From: a virus
Strand: one strand, 5' to 3'
Virus record (IMG/VR): IMGVR_UViG_3300006028_000003
Coordinates: 1 to 64,000 of that record
Length of the DNA stretch: 64,000 bases
Shown here: piece by piece, positions 20,343-29,531 of the stretch
Layout: each line of letters begins with the position of its first letter
Position numbering within the stretch: the first letter of the stretch is position 1
The notes under the pieces: generated by a model
Database searches by the model: none
What the model was told of the DNA's origin: nothing
Seen by the model: the letters and a program-made list of their open reading frames with translations, nothing else
Program-made: the position numbers and the translations under genes

Positions 20343-21593
20343 TTAGGCCCCTAGAATGTTACTGATGGCCCCGTGGCCCGGTAGGAATAGACCATACCCC
20401 ACCGGGTCGTCGTTGGCGTCAATGTTCGTGGGGGTAATCGGAATATTCGTCGTCAAACCCCCGGTCGTTTGGTTGACGCTACAAGCCGTCGATCGCGAAG
20501 AGATAGTGGTCCCCCCGGTTTGGAGTAGAACATCGACGGCTTTCTCACCGCCGGGGAGGAACACCCTCCCTTCACTTATTTCGAACCGCCCTGGGCCCCA
20601 CAAGCGAGCCTCCCCATACGCGAAGGGGGTGATGGCGGTCAGATCCCCCACGAGCATCGGCCTAGATAAAAATACGGTTCCGAAAACACATCCGTTGCCT
20701 ACCGGCGATGAGCCATTGAAGGCAGCTACGATGAAGTTCCCATCGAAGACAGCTCCGGCGACACTAAATCCACCAAACCCTCCGTAGACCTTCGGCCCCG
20801 GCACCCCAACGATCATGGTGCCGATCCCGGTAGTGCATGGGGAGCCCCCCTGAAGGCCGAGGGAGTCGGTGAAGATGCAGTTGAGGAAAACCGTCGAATG
20901 AGCCGAAGCTGGTTTTGATAAGACCACCCGACGATCGCATCGGCAGTCGAGCAAAGCAACGGAATCCCCCAGGTAACATACCCCTCCGCCTAAGAGGCCT
21001 AGGTTTTGGATGATTGCCCGGTTATTCCCCTCGGCCATCAACGGCTCGAATAGAGCTAAATCAATCTCTACCAACGATTGAATCTCAAAGGCATCGCCGT
21101 TAGCCCAGGTATCAACCATATTTGGTGCCGACAGGGAAATTGTTGAGGCCTCCATCGGCTGGCTTAGACTAAAGGATGTCCCGGCCGTGGCGGTGAAGGC
21201 CCACGCTTTACTCGGCTTGGTGATGTTGACGACCAGGGCGTTGGGGAAACCTAGGCCCCCTAGATCTGTCGTCGGAAGGTTACCGGCGATGTAATCCTTC
21301 GGGGTGAACCCAGCCAGGTTACCGGAGGCGACTATTTCCGGGGCCCCCACAAAGGTGACCCGGGCCCCCCGGGCCATCGTCGGCCGGAAAACGATTGGGT
21401 CGCTTCCGTCGGTCGGGGATCCGTTGAGGAATGTAAAGGTGGTGTCTTGGGGCAACGTCGGGGCTTGGGTTTGGTATCGCCTCTCGATCTCGGCCCAGGT
21501 TTTTACTGGTGTCGAGGAGAAGGCCCCATCGTTACCATCGCTCCCGTTGATCGGATCGATGACCCAATTCGGCTGTAGCCAGAAGCTGTTCAT
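20343..21593 (-). CDS. Putative virion fibre/spike protein, paralogue B
   Basis: Collinear with 21590-22975 (FWL...W.IDP, DPI.F.PT, VDTWANGD.F, NIPITP..IDA..DP.G). Confidence 0.6.
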   Translation of the reverse strand: MNSFWLQPNWVIDPINGSDGNDGAFSSTPVKTWAEIERRYQTQAPTLPQDTTFTFLNGSPTDGSDPIVFRPTMARGARVTFVGAPEIVASGNLAGFTPKDYIAGNLPTTDLGGLGFPNALVVNITKPSKAWAFTATAGTSFSLSQPMEASTISLSAPNMVDTWANGDAFEIQSLVEIDLALFEPLMAEGNNRAIIQNLGLLGGGVCYLGDSVALLDCRCDRRVVLSKPASAHSTVFLNCIFTDSLGLQGGSPCTTGIGTMIVGVPGPKVYGGFGGFSVAGAVFDGNFIVAAFNGSSPVGNGCVFGTVFLSRPMLVGDLTAITPFAYGEARLWGPGRFEISEGRVFLPGGEKAVDVLLQTGGTTISSRSTACSVNQTTGGLTTNIPITPTNIDANDDPVGYGLFLPGHGAISNILGA

Positions 21594-22975
21594 GCGGTGT
21601 TACTTATTCCCCCGACACCCGGAACATACATCCCCACCCCCGCCGGATCGGCTTGGGCGTCAATGGTGGCCGGAGTGATAGGAACGTTGCCGTTGATGAC
21701 GCTAGGATTGGCTCTTGTTGCGGTGAAAGCGAAGCCTCCGCTACCCCCAATAATAATCTTGGGTGACATAGTATTGAGAAAAATGGAGACGGCCGAAGCG
21801 GTCAAGAAGGTGTGGCCCTCTTCGATCTGGTACTGGGTAGGGCCCCAGAAGCGGGGGCCATCGAAGAGGAATGCCCCAAAAGTGTTCGACCCTTGGGCGA
21901 TGAGCCCCATTTGAGCATAGACCGTCGCCAGGAGGCAGCCGTTGATGGAGCTCCCTCCACCCCCCGCTGGCGTAAGGATGACATTGCCGTCGAGGATGGC
22001 GCCGTTGATAGTGGTTGCCGCAAACCCGCCTAGAACGCGTGTCGTCGGAACCGAATCGACCAGGAGGGCCACCGCGTTTTGGCTTGTTCCCCCGTTGATG
22101 CCGAAGATGTCGGTGAAGGCGCAGTTGATGCAGTAGGTGCTCCTTACCGGGGCCCCCTGGTACATTGCCGCACGTCGATCGATGCGGCACTCTTGGAGCG
22201 CCACCCCGTTACCCCAATAGAAGGGGCTACCAGCGGTGCTCGCCTCGAACCCCAACTGCTGGATGTAGGCCCTCGCGACGCTGTCGGCGAACGTCGGGGT
22301 AAACTGAGCCATCTCGATGGAATCCAACAGATAGACATCAAAGGTATCACCGTTGGCCCAGGTATCCACGAAGGTGGGGATGCTAAGGGGGAGAGTTGTT
22401 CGAGTGAGGGCCTGGCTCAAGTTGAAGGTAGTCCCGGCGACGTTGGCGAAGGTAAAGGCGGCGCTTTCTTTACCCCCGGTCGTGTTGACCACCAATTGAT
22501 TGGTTGTGACCGCTCCTGCGCTTCCGAGGTCAGCGGTGAGGAGCTGGCCCGTCGCGTAATTCTTCGCGATGACCCCGGCTAGGACCCCAGATCCAATTTT
22601 GTTGGCGGTAACGAGGGTTCCTTGGAAGACCAGTTGAGAGCCGTTAGTGGCGGTCGGGCTAAAGATGATGGGGTCGGTTTCAGCTAGTGCGGTGCCGCTC
22701 AGGAAGGCCCAAGTGGTGTTCTGGGCTAGGATTGGTGAGTTGGTCCCGTACCTTTGGATGACCCCTTTATTCCAGGTCAAGACCGGGGTTGTTGATGTAG
22801 CCCCGTCGTTGCTATCAGAGGCTAGGCCGGTTCGGTTCTGCGGATCGATAAACCAAGCCGCGCGCAGCCAAAACGGATTGGGGGTCACCCCTCCACCGCC
22901 GCCGCCGCCGCCGGATGGAGTCAGGAGTTGAAGGGCCTCGAGTCGCTTTACCCTTCCTCGATCTTTCGGCTTCAT
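21590..22975 (-). CDS. Putative virion fibre/spike protein, paralogue C
   Basis: Same leader as paralogue A, a poly-Gly linker, then a body homologous to paralogue B. Confidence 0.6.
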   Translation of the reverse strand: MKPKDRGRVKRLEALQLLTPSGGGGGGGGVTPNPFWLRAAWFIDPQNRTGLASDSNDGATSTTPVLTWNKGVIQRYGTNSPILAQNTTWAFLSGTALAETDPIIFSPTATNGSQLVFQGTLVTANKIGSGVLAGVIAKNYATGQLLTADLGSAGAVTTNQLVVNTTGGKESAAFTFANVAGTTFNLSQALTRTTLPLSIPTFVDTWANGDTFDVYLLDSIEMAQFTPTFADSVARAYIQQLGFEASTAGSPFYWGNGVALQECRIDRRAAMYQGAPVRSTYCINCAFTDIFGINGGTSQNAVALLVDSVPTTRVLGGFAATTINGAILDGNVILTPAGGGGSSINGCLLATVYAQMGLIAQGSNTFGAFLFDGPRFWGPTQYQIEEGHTFLTASAVSIFLNTMSPKIIIGGSGGFAFTATRANPSVINGNVPITPATIDAQADPAGVGMYVPGVGGISNTA

Positions 22976-24459
22976 AGCCCCGCCGCGAGCATCTGTTGCA
23001 TCAAGATCCCTGCAAAGCGGTACTGCCCGCTCTTCGCGGGGTGGAGCCCATCGCTCTCGAAGAAGTTGGTGTTCGTCGGGATGTTGCCGGCAGCGCTTCC
23101 AAGCATCGCATCGGCCCCCGCATCGACGAGGTTGACCCTCACGTTAGCGGTTCCCATCCCCGGCAAGGCTGCGCGGATCCCAGCGTTGATCGTCTGGCGG
23201 TCGGTCTCGTTCGCGGGGCTGAACCCGTGAGCGAAGGTGATGGTAGCGCAGTTGACTTGGTGGGGGTGGCTTCCAACCGGCACCGAATTTAGCGCGCTTA
23301 CTCTCGCTGAGACAATGGCCAGATACTGAGAAAGGATATTGGCTGCGGTGTCGGTCCCGAGGCTGTTGATGCCCCCCTCGATGTTGACGATGTTGACAAC
23401 CCCCGCAAGATAATAGGGGTCAATCATCGTTCCTTGGGTCGTGATGTCGGGGAGATTTCCCCCACCTACTAGGCGGCTTCCAGAGACTGAGATGTTGAAG
23501 GGGAGCCCAAACCGGCCCCCGAGCGCGATCCCAGCCGCCCCCGCGTAAGCCCAAGGGGTGTTGAGGTGGAACGCGACGTTCCCCTGAAGATTGGCGCCGC
23601 CCGCGATGCTGTCGCCAATCTGGAAGACCTGATACTTTACCGTTTCATTTAGATTGGTCAGATTCCAATTCAAACGGAGGTAGGCATCGAGCTGGCCCCT
23701 TTGGGTTAGACTCAATGAATCCCAGATGCCGAAGAAGCCGATGCTTCCGGTGAGGGGGTTTGAGGCCGTATGGCCTACCCCCAGAGTTCCGCTAGTGGTG
23801 ATCGCGCCAGCCCCCGGAGCAGTTCCGGAATTGCTTACTGATTGAAGAACCCCGTTGACGGTAATCTTCGTCACCAACCCATCGTTTTCGACGATGACAT
23901 ACTGAGTCTGGTTATTGCCGGCCCAGAACGAGGGAGAGGCGGTATCGGCGTTTTCGGTATTGCCGGCCCTTCTAGTTCGGGCCCCCCAGCCGTTAGAGCT
24001 AGTCAATATAACCCCATCGGCCGCAGTGATGTTTGTGCTGACTTCCGCGATGGTCATGCTCTGACTATTCGAGGCCCCCCGCTGATTGGAGTCGGCTCTG
24101 AATAGGCAAACCATCACATAGGGAACCTGGAAAACCAACGCGGTAAAATTCAACCAAGTGGGGGTGCTGAAAAGGGGGATGCCTGGGCCTCCGGTTACAA
24201 TCGCCGGCTTCCCCCCCAACCCGATGGTGTCGTAGAACGGTCGGTTGATCGCTGCCGCCTGAGTCGCATCGGCCCCGTTCCCGCTCTGATCTTGCCAGGC
24301 GTCAACTGCCGTCCCGTCGGCCGCGGGGCTTCCACCAAACCGGATGGAGCTTGCAACGGAGGCATCCAAAACAACGCGGCCCCCTGCAGGTCGAATCGGG
24401 CTAAAGACCGGGGGAGCCACCGGCGGCGGCACGAAGAAGTTGGTGTTGACGGCAGGCAT
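22972..24459 (-). CDS. LamG/ConA-like domain fused to an SGNH/GDSL esterase
   Basis: W.DQSGNG.DATQ....RP at the N-terminus; IGDSI, EGGINS and DGLHP SGNH blocks. Confidence 0.78.
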   Translation of the reverse strand: MPAVNTNFFVPPPVAPPVFSPIRPAGGRVVLDASVASSIRFGGSPAADGTAVDAWQDQSGNGADATQAAAINRPFYDTIGLGGKPAIVTGGPGIPLFSTPTWLNFTALVFQVPYVMVCLFRADSNQRGASNSQSMTIAEVSTNITAADGVILTSSNGWGARTRRAGNTENADTASPSFWAGNNQTQYVIVENDGLVTKITVNGVLQSVSNSGTAPGAGAITTSGTLGVGHTASNPLTGSIGFFGIWDSLSLTQRGQLDAYLRLNWNLTNLNETVKYQVFQIGDSIAGGANLQGNVAFHLNTPWAYAGAAGIALGGRFGLPFNISVSGSRLVGGGNLPDITTQGTMIDPYYLAGVVNIVNIEGGINSLGTDTAANILSQYLAIVSARVSALNSVPVGSHPHQVNCATITFAHGFSPANETDRQTINAGIRAALPGMGTANVRVNLVDAGADAMLGSAAGNIPTNTNFFESDGLHPAKSGQYRFAGILMQQMLAAGL

Positions 24460-24665
24460 CAGGGGGATTCCTTAGGAGGCTCCGGGGGATCCGGCTTGAT
24501 GAAGGAACCTGAGGTGGGATCAAACCTCCAATCTCCTGGCTCAAGCCCCAGCGCTGCGGCGGTGGCCCCCAAGAAGTCGTTGAGCCGGGCCTGCGCGACG
24601 GCGAGGGTTTCCTGATGCCCCTTCATGAGGATGAGGCTTTGATCGGAGAGCTTTACGACCGTCAT
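24459..24665 (-). CDS. Small hypothetical protein, possible fibre assembly factor
   Basis: 68 aa ORF between fibre genes, translationally coupled. Confidence 0.4.
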   Translation of the reverse strand: MTVVKLSDQSLILMKGHQETLAVAQARLNDFLGATAAALGLEPGDWRFDPTSGSFIKPDPPEPPKESP

Positions 24666-24854
24666 TTGGTGATGACCCCTACGGAGACCAACCGGAGGTA
24701 GATCCGATGGGTGAGGCTTTGGCCATGCCGATCGGATAGCTTTGTTTCCTCGGCGATGATGGGCTCCGATTTCACCGGGTCGGCCTTGGCGATGGCGGCC
24801 TTGAAATATTCGACTGCTTCCGGATGTTCCATGGTCTTCTTCCTTGAGGGGAAT

Positions 24855-26120
24855 TTAGGCTAGTGCGACGAGGCGAGCAATCCCGCTCGTACCCCAAAAC
24901 ATGAGGTTGCCGGTGGTAGGGTCAACATAGAGCCCCCCGTACCCCGCTGGCATCGCAACGGTCGGGATCGCGTTTGCTTGACGGAACGAAAGGACCCCGT
25001 TGCCGCTTCCGAATTGCGCGGTGATAGAGAAGAGCTGGGTTCCGGCGGGCATCACTGCGACAGGGCAATGGGCGTCAGAGATGTCGTCGTTGTTGCCGAT
25101 CCACACCCCCGAGTTTTGGGCGCAGTTGACAAATAGTTGACCCCCCGGATTGATCTCGAGGGTGAAGTTGCCGGCGCTTTCGGTGAAGCCGAAGCCGCTC
25201 TGGAAGAGCCAAAGCGCTCCGAAAGAAGCCGACGATGCCGGGGCCCCGAAAGAAGCCACTGCATCCCCCGCCATCAAGAAACGATAGAAGCGGGTGGGCC
25301 CCCCTGCTGGTGGAGCTGGGAGGTTGAAGTTGATGTTTCCGTTAGTGCCCGCGGCTGCGGTAGTGGCCTGCGCGGTGATGTTGAGGTTCTCCGCGGTTGG
25401 GTTAGCGGTGGTCGCCTGGGAAATAGTCGGCGCCGCTTGCGTCGCCCCAAATTGGAGGTTGTTGTAAAGAATCGGAAGGGTGCCGCCGGCCCCGCCGACG
25501 CCAAGCGATTGCACCGTCGCGGTGACCTGGTAGCCGCTCGTGACGGTGAAGGCCAAATCTAATCCAGACAACAGTTGGGTAGCCGGCCCGTCGTAGGTAA
25601 CCCCGGACCCAGAGGGGATAACCGTCGTCGGAGCTGCGTTAGTGACCCCTCCACTTGAGCCAAGGTTGGTCAAAGTGATGGTTCCGACGCCGACCGCGAA
25701 GAGCGAATAGGCCCCACCGCCACCAGCGACTAGCACCGCGGCCCCCACTACCGCCCCGACGGTGTTACTCACCGAGACGACGACGTTGGAGCCGACGGCC
25801 GGTTGAGTGAAGTTGGCCGTCGTCGTTGCATTGAAGGCCGGTCCCGTAGGCCCGGTTACCCCCGCAGCGCCAGTGGCTCCGGTCGCGCCCGCTCCTGTTG
25901 CGCCCGTCGGCCCCAGGGGGCCGGTTGCGCCAGTCGCACCGTTCGGCCCGGTCGGCCCGGTCGGGCCTAGTGGACCAGTCGCCCCCGTGACACCTGCCCC
26001 AGTGGGCCCCGTCGGCCCGACTGGGCCTGTCGGGCCGGTAGCGCCTCCACCCCCACCACCTCCGGTGAGCGAGTCGATAGCGACTCTAGAAAACGTCGAA
26101 ATGGTTACGGGCTTGGTCAT
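24855..26120 (-). CDS. Collagen-like fibre protein
   Basis: About 20 Gly-Pro/Ala-Thr triplets after a poly-Gly run, then a beta-rich body. Confidence 0.8.
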   Translation of the reverse strand: MTKPVTISTFSRVAIDSLTGGGGGGGATGPTGPVGPTGPTGAGVTGATGPLGPTGPTGPNGATGATGPLGPTGATGAGATGATGAAGVTGPTGPAFNATTTANFTQPAVGSNVVVSVSNTVGAVVGAAVLVAGGGGAYSLFAVGVGTITLTNLGSSGGVTNAAPTTVIPSGSGVTYDGPATQLLSGLDLAFTVTSGYQVTATVQSLGVGGAGGTLPILYNNLQFGATQAAPTISQATTANPTAENLNITAQATTAAAGTNGNINFNLPAPPAGGPTRFYRFLMAGDAVASFGAPASSASFGALWLFQSGFGFTESAGNFTLEINPGGQLFVNCAQNSGVWIGNNDDISDAHCPVAVMPAGTQLFSITAQFGSGNGVLSFRQANAIPTVAMPAGYGGLYVDPTTGNLMFWGTSGIARLVALA

Positions 26121-26818
26121 GATCTTTTCCGTCTGTTGCGTTTCGGCGGTTGGTCGATAGTGAGGCCGTAGGCGACGGCGGCACTGGAGAGGAAGATGGC
26201 CCCAGCGATGAACCAGGGGCGGTGCTTGTCGTAGAATCCGTAGTCTAGACCGTAAACAGGATCGGTTTCAGGTCCGTACGGATTCGTTGAGCCGGTATCT
26301 ACTGAGGCATACGCTTGCGCGATTGCATCCTTCGCCGTTTGAGTGGCCGCGGCCCGCGCTACGAAGTTCGCTAGATCTTGGAGGCTTATGTAGCCTTTAC
26401 CTTTTGCATCGAGCCCTTTATTCGCGTTGTAGTAGGCGCTCGGTGCAGCGGTGACCGTATCGGTAAGATGCTTTACAGCCGGTAGAGTCGCCGGAAGGAA
26501 ATTCGCGAGGTAGACTCTGACCCCGCTCCGCAGCGGCCCGTACGACGCGACTAGGCCCTTCATAAAACCTAGAACGACTGTTTGAAGTTGCCGCGAGGCC
26601 GGCCAAGTCAGGTAGGTTTGGGGATCGGTTCCAGCGAATTGCTGAATCAAGCTAGCGCTAGCCTGATTGATTCCGTAGAACGGCTGCCCTGCTTGATTTG
26701 GGATTGCTGGGTTGAGCCCGCTCTCGGCGTATAGGACAGGGATAAGCCATTCCGGACGGATTCCAGTCTCGTTGTAGATCTGCCAAAAAATCGGAAATGA
26801 GGCGCTATCGAGACTCAC
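26117..26818 (-). CDS. Lytic transglycosylase (SLT-like) with C-terminal membrane anchor
   Basis: LYAESGLNP (catalytic Glu), [19 protein letters not shown]; [20 protein letters not shown] followed by KRNRRKRS. Confidence 0.78.
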   Translation of the reverse strand: MSLDSASFPIFWQIYNETGIRPEWLIPVLYAESGLNPAIPNQAGQPFYGINQASASLIQQFAGTDPQTYLTWPASRQLQTVVLGFMKGLVASYGPLRSGVRVYLANFLPATLPAVKHLTDTVTAAPSAYYNANKGLDAKGKGYISLQDLANFVARAAATQTAKDAIAQAYASVDTGSTNPYGPETDPVYGLDYGFYDKHRPWFIAGAIFLSSAAVAYGLTIDQPPKRNRRKRS

Positions 26819-26850
26819 GCGACGGCCTCGTGTGGGTTACGGGAAGTAGT

Positions 26851-27339
26851 ATGGCCCTTCCCTTGAAGCACGGCTTTCACGGCACCCCGACGTACCGCTC
26901 TTGGTGCGCGATGAAAAGCCGCTGTTTGAATCCGAACGCCCACAAATACGAGTGTTATGGTGGGGCTGGGGTCAAGATCCACCCACCGTGGTTGAAGTTC
27001 GAGAACTTCCTTCGCGACATGGGGGTTAGGCCCTCCCTCCACCACTCGCTTGATCGCTTCCCTAATCCGCGTGGGAGCTATGTTCCTGGGAACGTTCGGT
27101 GGGCGACGCGGGAGCAGCAAAACTCCAATCGGATTACGACTAAATGGATCACGGCGAACGGCGAGAGACTTCACGTATCGGACTGGGCTAGGCGTTTGAA
27201 TTGCCCCGAGGCTACGATTGTCCGTCGAATAAAACTCGGCGGCATGACTCCGGAAGAGGCAGTCACGAAACCGATCCGCCCATGCAAGCGCGGTGCTGAT
27301 CGAGCCCCTTACCCTCATCGAGGCTCTTCTAAGGGCTGA
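26851..27339 (+). CDS. HNH-type homing endonuclease 1
   Basis: TYRSWCAMKSRC.NP, YGGAGV, FENFLRDMG.RPS..HSLDR, Y.PGNVRWAT..QQ.SN. Confidence 0.8.
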   Translation: MALPLKHGFHGTPTYRSWCAMKSRCLNPNAHKYECYGGAGVKIHPPWLKFENFLRDMGVRPSLHHSLDRFPNPRGSYVPGNVRWATREQQNSNRITTKWITANGERLHVSDWARRLNCPEATIVRRIKLGGMTPEEAVTKPIRPCKRGADRAPYPHRGSSKG

Positions 27340-27408
27340 GCTAGTCATCCGGGCCGGGACCTTGACAAGATGCTAGCTCGGCGTCTCAACTACGTCTAGA
27401 CTCAGATC

Positions 27409-27918
27409 GTGCCCCTCATTCGCGGGACAACCGATGCAACCCGAAGTGAGAACATCCGCCGCCTCCGTCGCGAGGGCTACGACTTCCATCAAGCCGCTGC
27501 AATTGCATACCGGATCCAACGAGAAGAGCTGAAAAAGCGCCACCATAAGGCTGGAGAACCCATGAGCCGATCCCTCGTCCGTAGACGTCGTTCCCGCCGC
27601 GGTATCGCCCGGCTCAACCCCATCGGCAAAGGGCCGGTTACAACCGCACTGAAATGGCTCGGCGCTGGAGTTCTCGTCGGCGGAGTCGCCGGGGGCGTTG
27701 GCTCAGCGAGCGGGATGACATCGGCTAATTTGCCGACGGGCATCATCGGGGGAGCCTCAGCCGTTGTCGGATTGGAGGTCCTCGGTGGGTTGGTGGTGGG
27801 TCTGGCTAGCCCCACTTACCGGAACCCGGCGTTGGCTACGGCTGGGATCGGTCTCGCGGCTCTGCTCATCACTCAGCTCGTGACGACGACGGCGTTTGCG
27901 GCTCCGAAGACGGCTTAG
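27409..27918 (+). CDS. Basic membrane protein with about three TM helices
   Basis: N-terminal SENIRRL.REGY...QA.AIAY motif, Arg tract ending RLNP, then three hydrophobic Gly-rich helices. Confidence 0.6.
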   Translation: MPLIRGTTDATRSENIRRLRREGYDFHQAAAIAYRIQREELKKRHHKAGEPMSRSLVRRRRSRRGIARLNPIGKGPVTTALKWLGAGVLVGGVAGGVGSASGMTSANLPTGIIGGASAVVGLEVLGGLVVGLASPTYRNPALATAGIGLAALLITQLVTTTAFAAPKTA

Positions 27919-28345
27919 AGACTTGCCGCCGTGGGGGCCGAGCGGGAAGATCTGGGGATGACCTACCCCGCCTCGGCTGACACCTTCCCGGACCTCGTCA
28001 AAGTCGCCCGCCGCGTCATCGATCGCCAAAGCGGAAGCATGGCCGAAGACGCGATCGTGCTAGCGCGCTGGATCTTGGCGGCCGACGAGGCTCGCGAAGA
28101 CCCGCGGTTGGCCTGGGTAAAGAAATGACCTCCCGAGATGACCTCTCCGCCAACGAGCGGGATCTGCGGGCCTTCATCAATGAGCTCCCACTCGGCCCTC
28201 ATCTCAAGACGGTGCTCATCGCGAAGCTTGAGGTGACCCTCAACGAGGTCGGGTATGATTTCGGCAACTTCCTCAAGGAAATCTGTTGCGATGAATGCCT
28301 CGAGAGGGTCAAGGCTTGCCTCGAAGCCCCGGTGGAGGAGCCATC

Positions 28346-28891
28346 ATGAAAACCTCACCTGAGGGATTGAAATTCATCGCAGGCCAAGAGGGATTCGTTC
28401 CGCGGGTCTACCATGACATCGCGGGGGTGCCGACGATCGGGTTTGGGCATGTGCTGAAGATGGGCGACCCCATTACGGTCACCGAAGATCAAGCGATGGA
28501 TCTTCTTCGCCATGACATCGCGACGGCGGAGTCGGCCATCAATTCGATGGTCAAGGTGGAGCTGAACCAAAATCAAGTCGATGCATTGACTTCGTTTGTT
28601 TTCAACCTCGGCTCCGGCGCGTTGGCTACCTCGGCGTTGCTCCACTTCATCAACCTAGGCTGCTTCGCGACGGCCGCCGACGAGTTCCCCAAGTGGTGCC
28701 ACGCGCGGGTCAACGGAGAGATGGTAGTAGTGGCGGGTCTCCTCAAGCGACGTCAGCTGGAGAGGGCTCTGTTTTTGTCGACGGCGGTCGAAATCCCTCC
28801 GCCCGGCCCCCTGCCAATCACCATCAACGACGCCCCGCCGGTGTTGCCCGACGAAGGCCAGCCGACGCCTCCCGAGGATCTCGATACCTGA
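28346..28891 (+). CDS. Endolysin, GH24 lysozyme
   Basis: EG (catalytic Glu), YHDIAGVPTIGFGH, LNQNQVDALTSFVFNLG, GLLKRRQLERALF; GGAGG RBS. Confidence 0.92.
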   Translation: MKTSPEGLKFIAGQEGFVPRVYHDIAGVPTIGFGHVLKMGDPITVTEDQAMDLLRHDIATAESAINSMVKVELNQNQVDALTSFVFNLGSGALATSALLHFINLGCFATAADEFPKWCHARVNGEMVVVAGLLKRRQLERALFLSTAVEIPPPGPLPITINDAPPVLPDEGQPTPPEDLDT

Positions 28892-28940
28892 GACGGGGTT
28901 GAGACGAGAGGTTGGCTTCGATTGGAGCTAGCCTCGCGGG

Positions 28941-29531
28941 ATGAATCATGCCGATCATTCCGACGACTTTGAGATGAGCTTCTGGGCCGATTGTACCCGG
29001 AGCTTCGGGGAGGAATCAAAACAGATCCTCTACATGGAGTTGATGGAGATCCCGCGGGTCGAGACTTGGCGGAGCCCCCTAAACTATGACTTCGGCGGCC
29101 GAAGCGTGATCGACATCGGCGGAGGCCCCTGTAGTGTCTTGTTGAAAGGTGAAAACCTGAAGCCCCGAAGCGTCGTCGTCGACCCCGGGAATTATCCCGA
29201 TTGGGTTTTGATGCGGTATGGCCTATCTGGGATAATTTGGCATAAGGCCCGCGGTGAAGACATCGACACAAACGGCGGGGGCGGCCGATTCGATTTGGCT
29301 TTGATTTACAACTGCCTCCAGCACTGCTCGGATCCTGAGAAGATCATTGCCAACGCCCGAGCCGTTTCGGGGCATCTCAAGATCTTCGAGTGGATCGACA
29401 TCCCGCCTCATGAAGGGCACCCACATGAGTTGAAGGCCTCGGATCTCGAGAGATGGACCAGGCAGAAGGGGGAGGTTATTGAGCTCCATGGGGAATACGG
29501 ATGCTCTGGCCGCGCATGGGTATTGCGATGA
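28941..29531 (+). CDS. Class I SAM-dependent methyltransferase
   Basis: VIDIGGGP, VVVDP, FDLALIYNCLQHCSDP. Confidence 0.8.
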   Translation: MNHADHSDDFEMSFWADCTRSFGEESKQILYMELMEIPRVETWRSPLNYDFGGRSVIDIGGGPCSVLLKGENLKPRSVVVDPGNYPDWVLMRYGLSGIIWHKARGEDIDTNGGGGRFDLALIYNCLQHCSDPEKIIANARAVSGHLKIFEWIDIPPHEGHPHELKASDLERWTRQKGEVIELHGEYGCSGRAWVLR

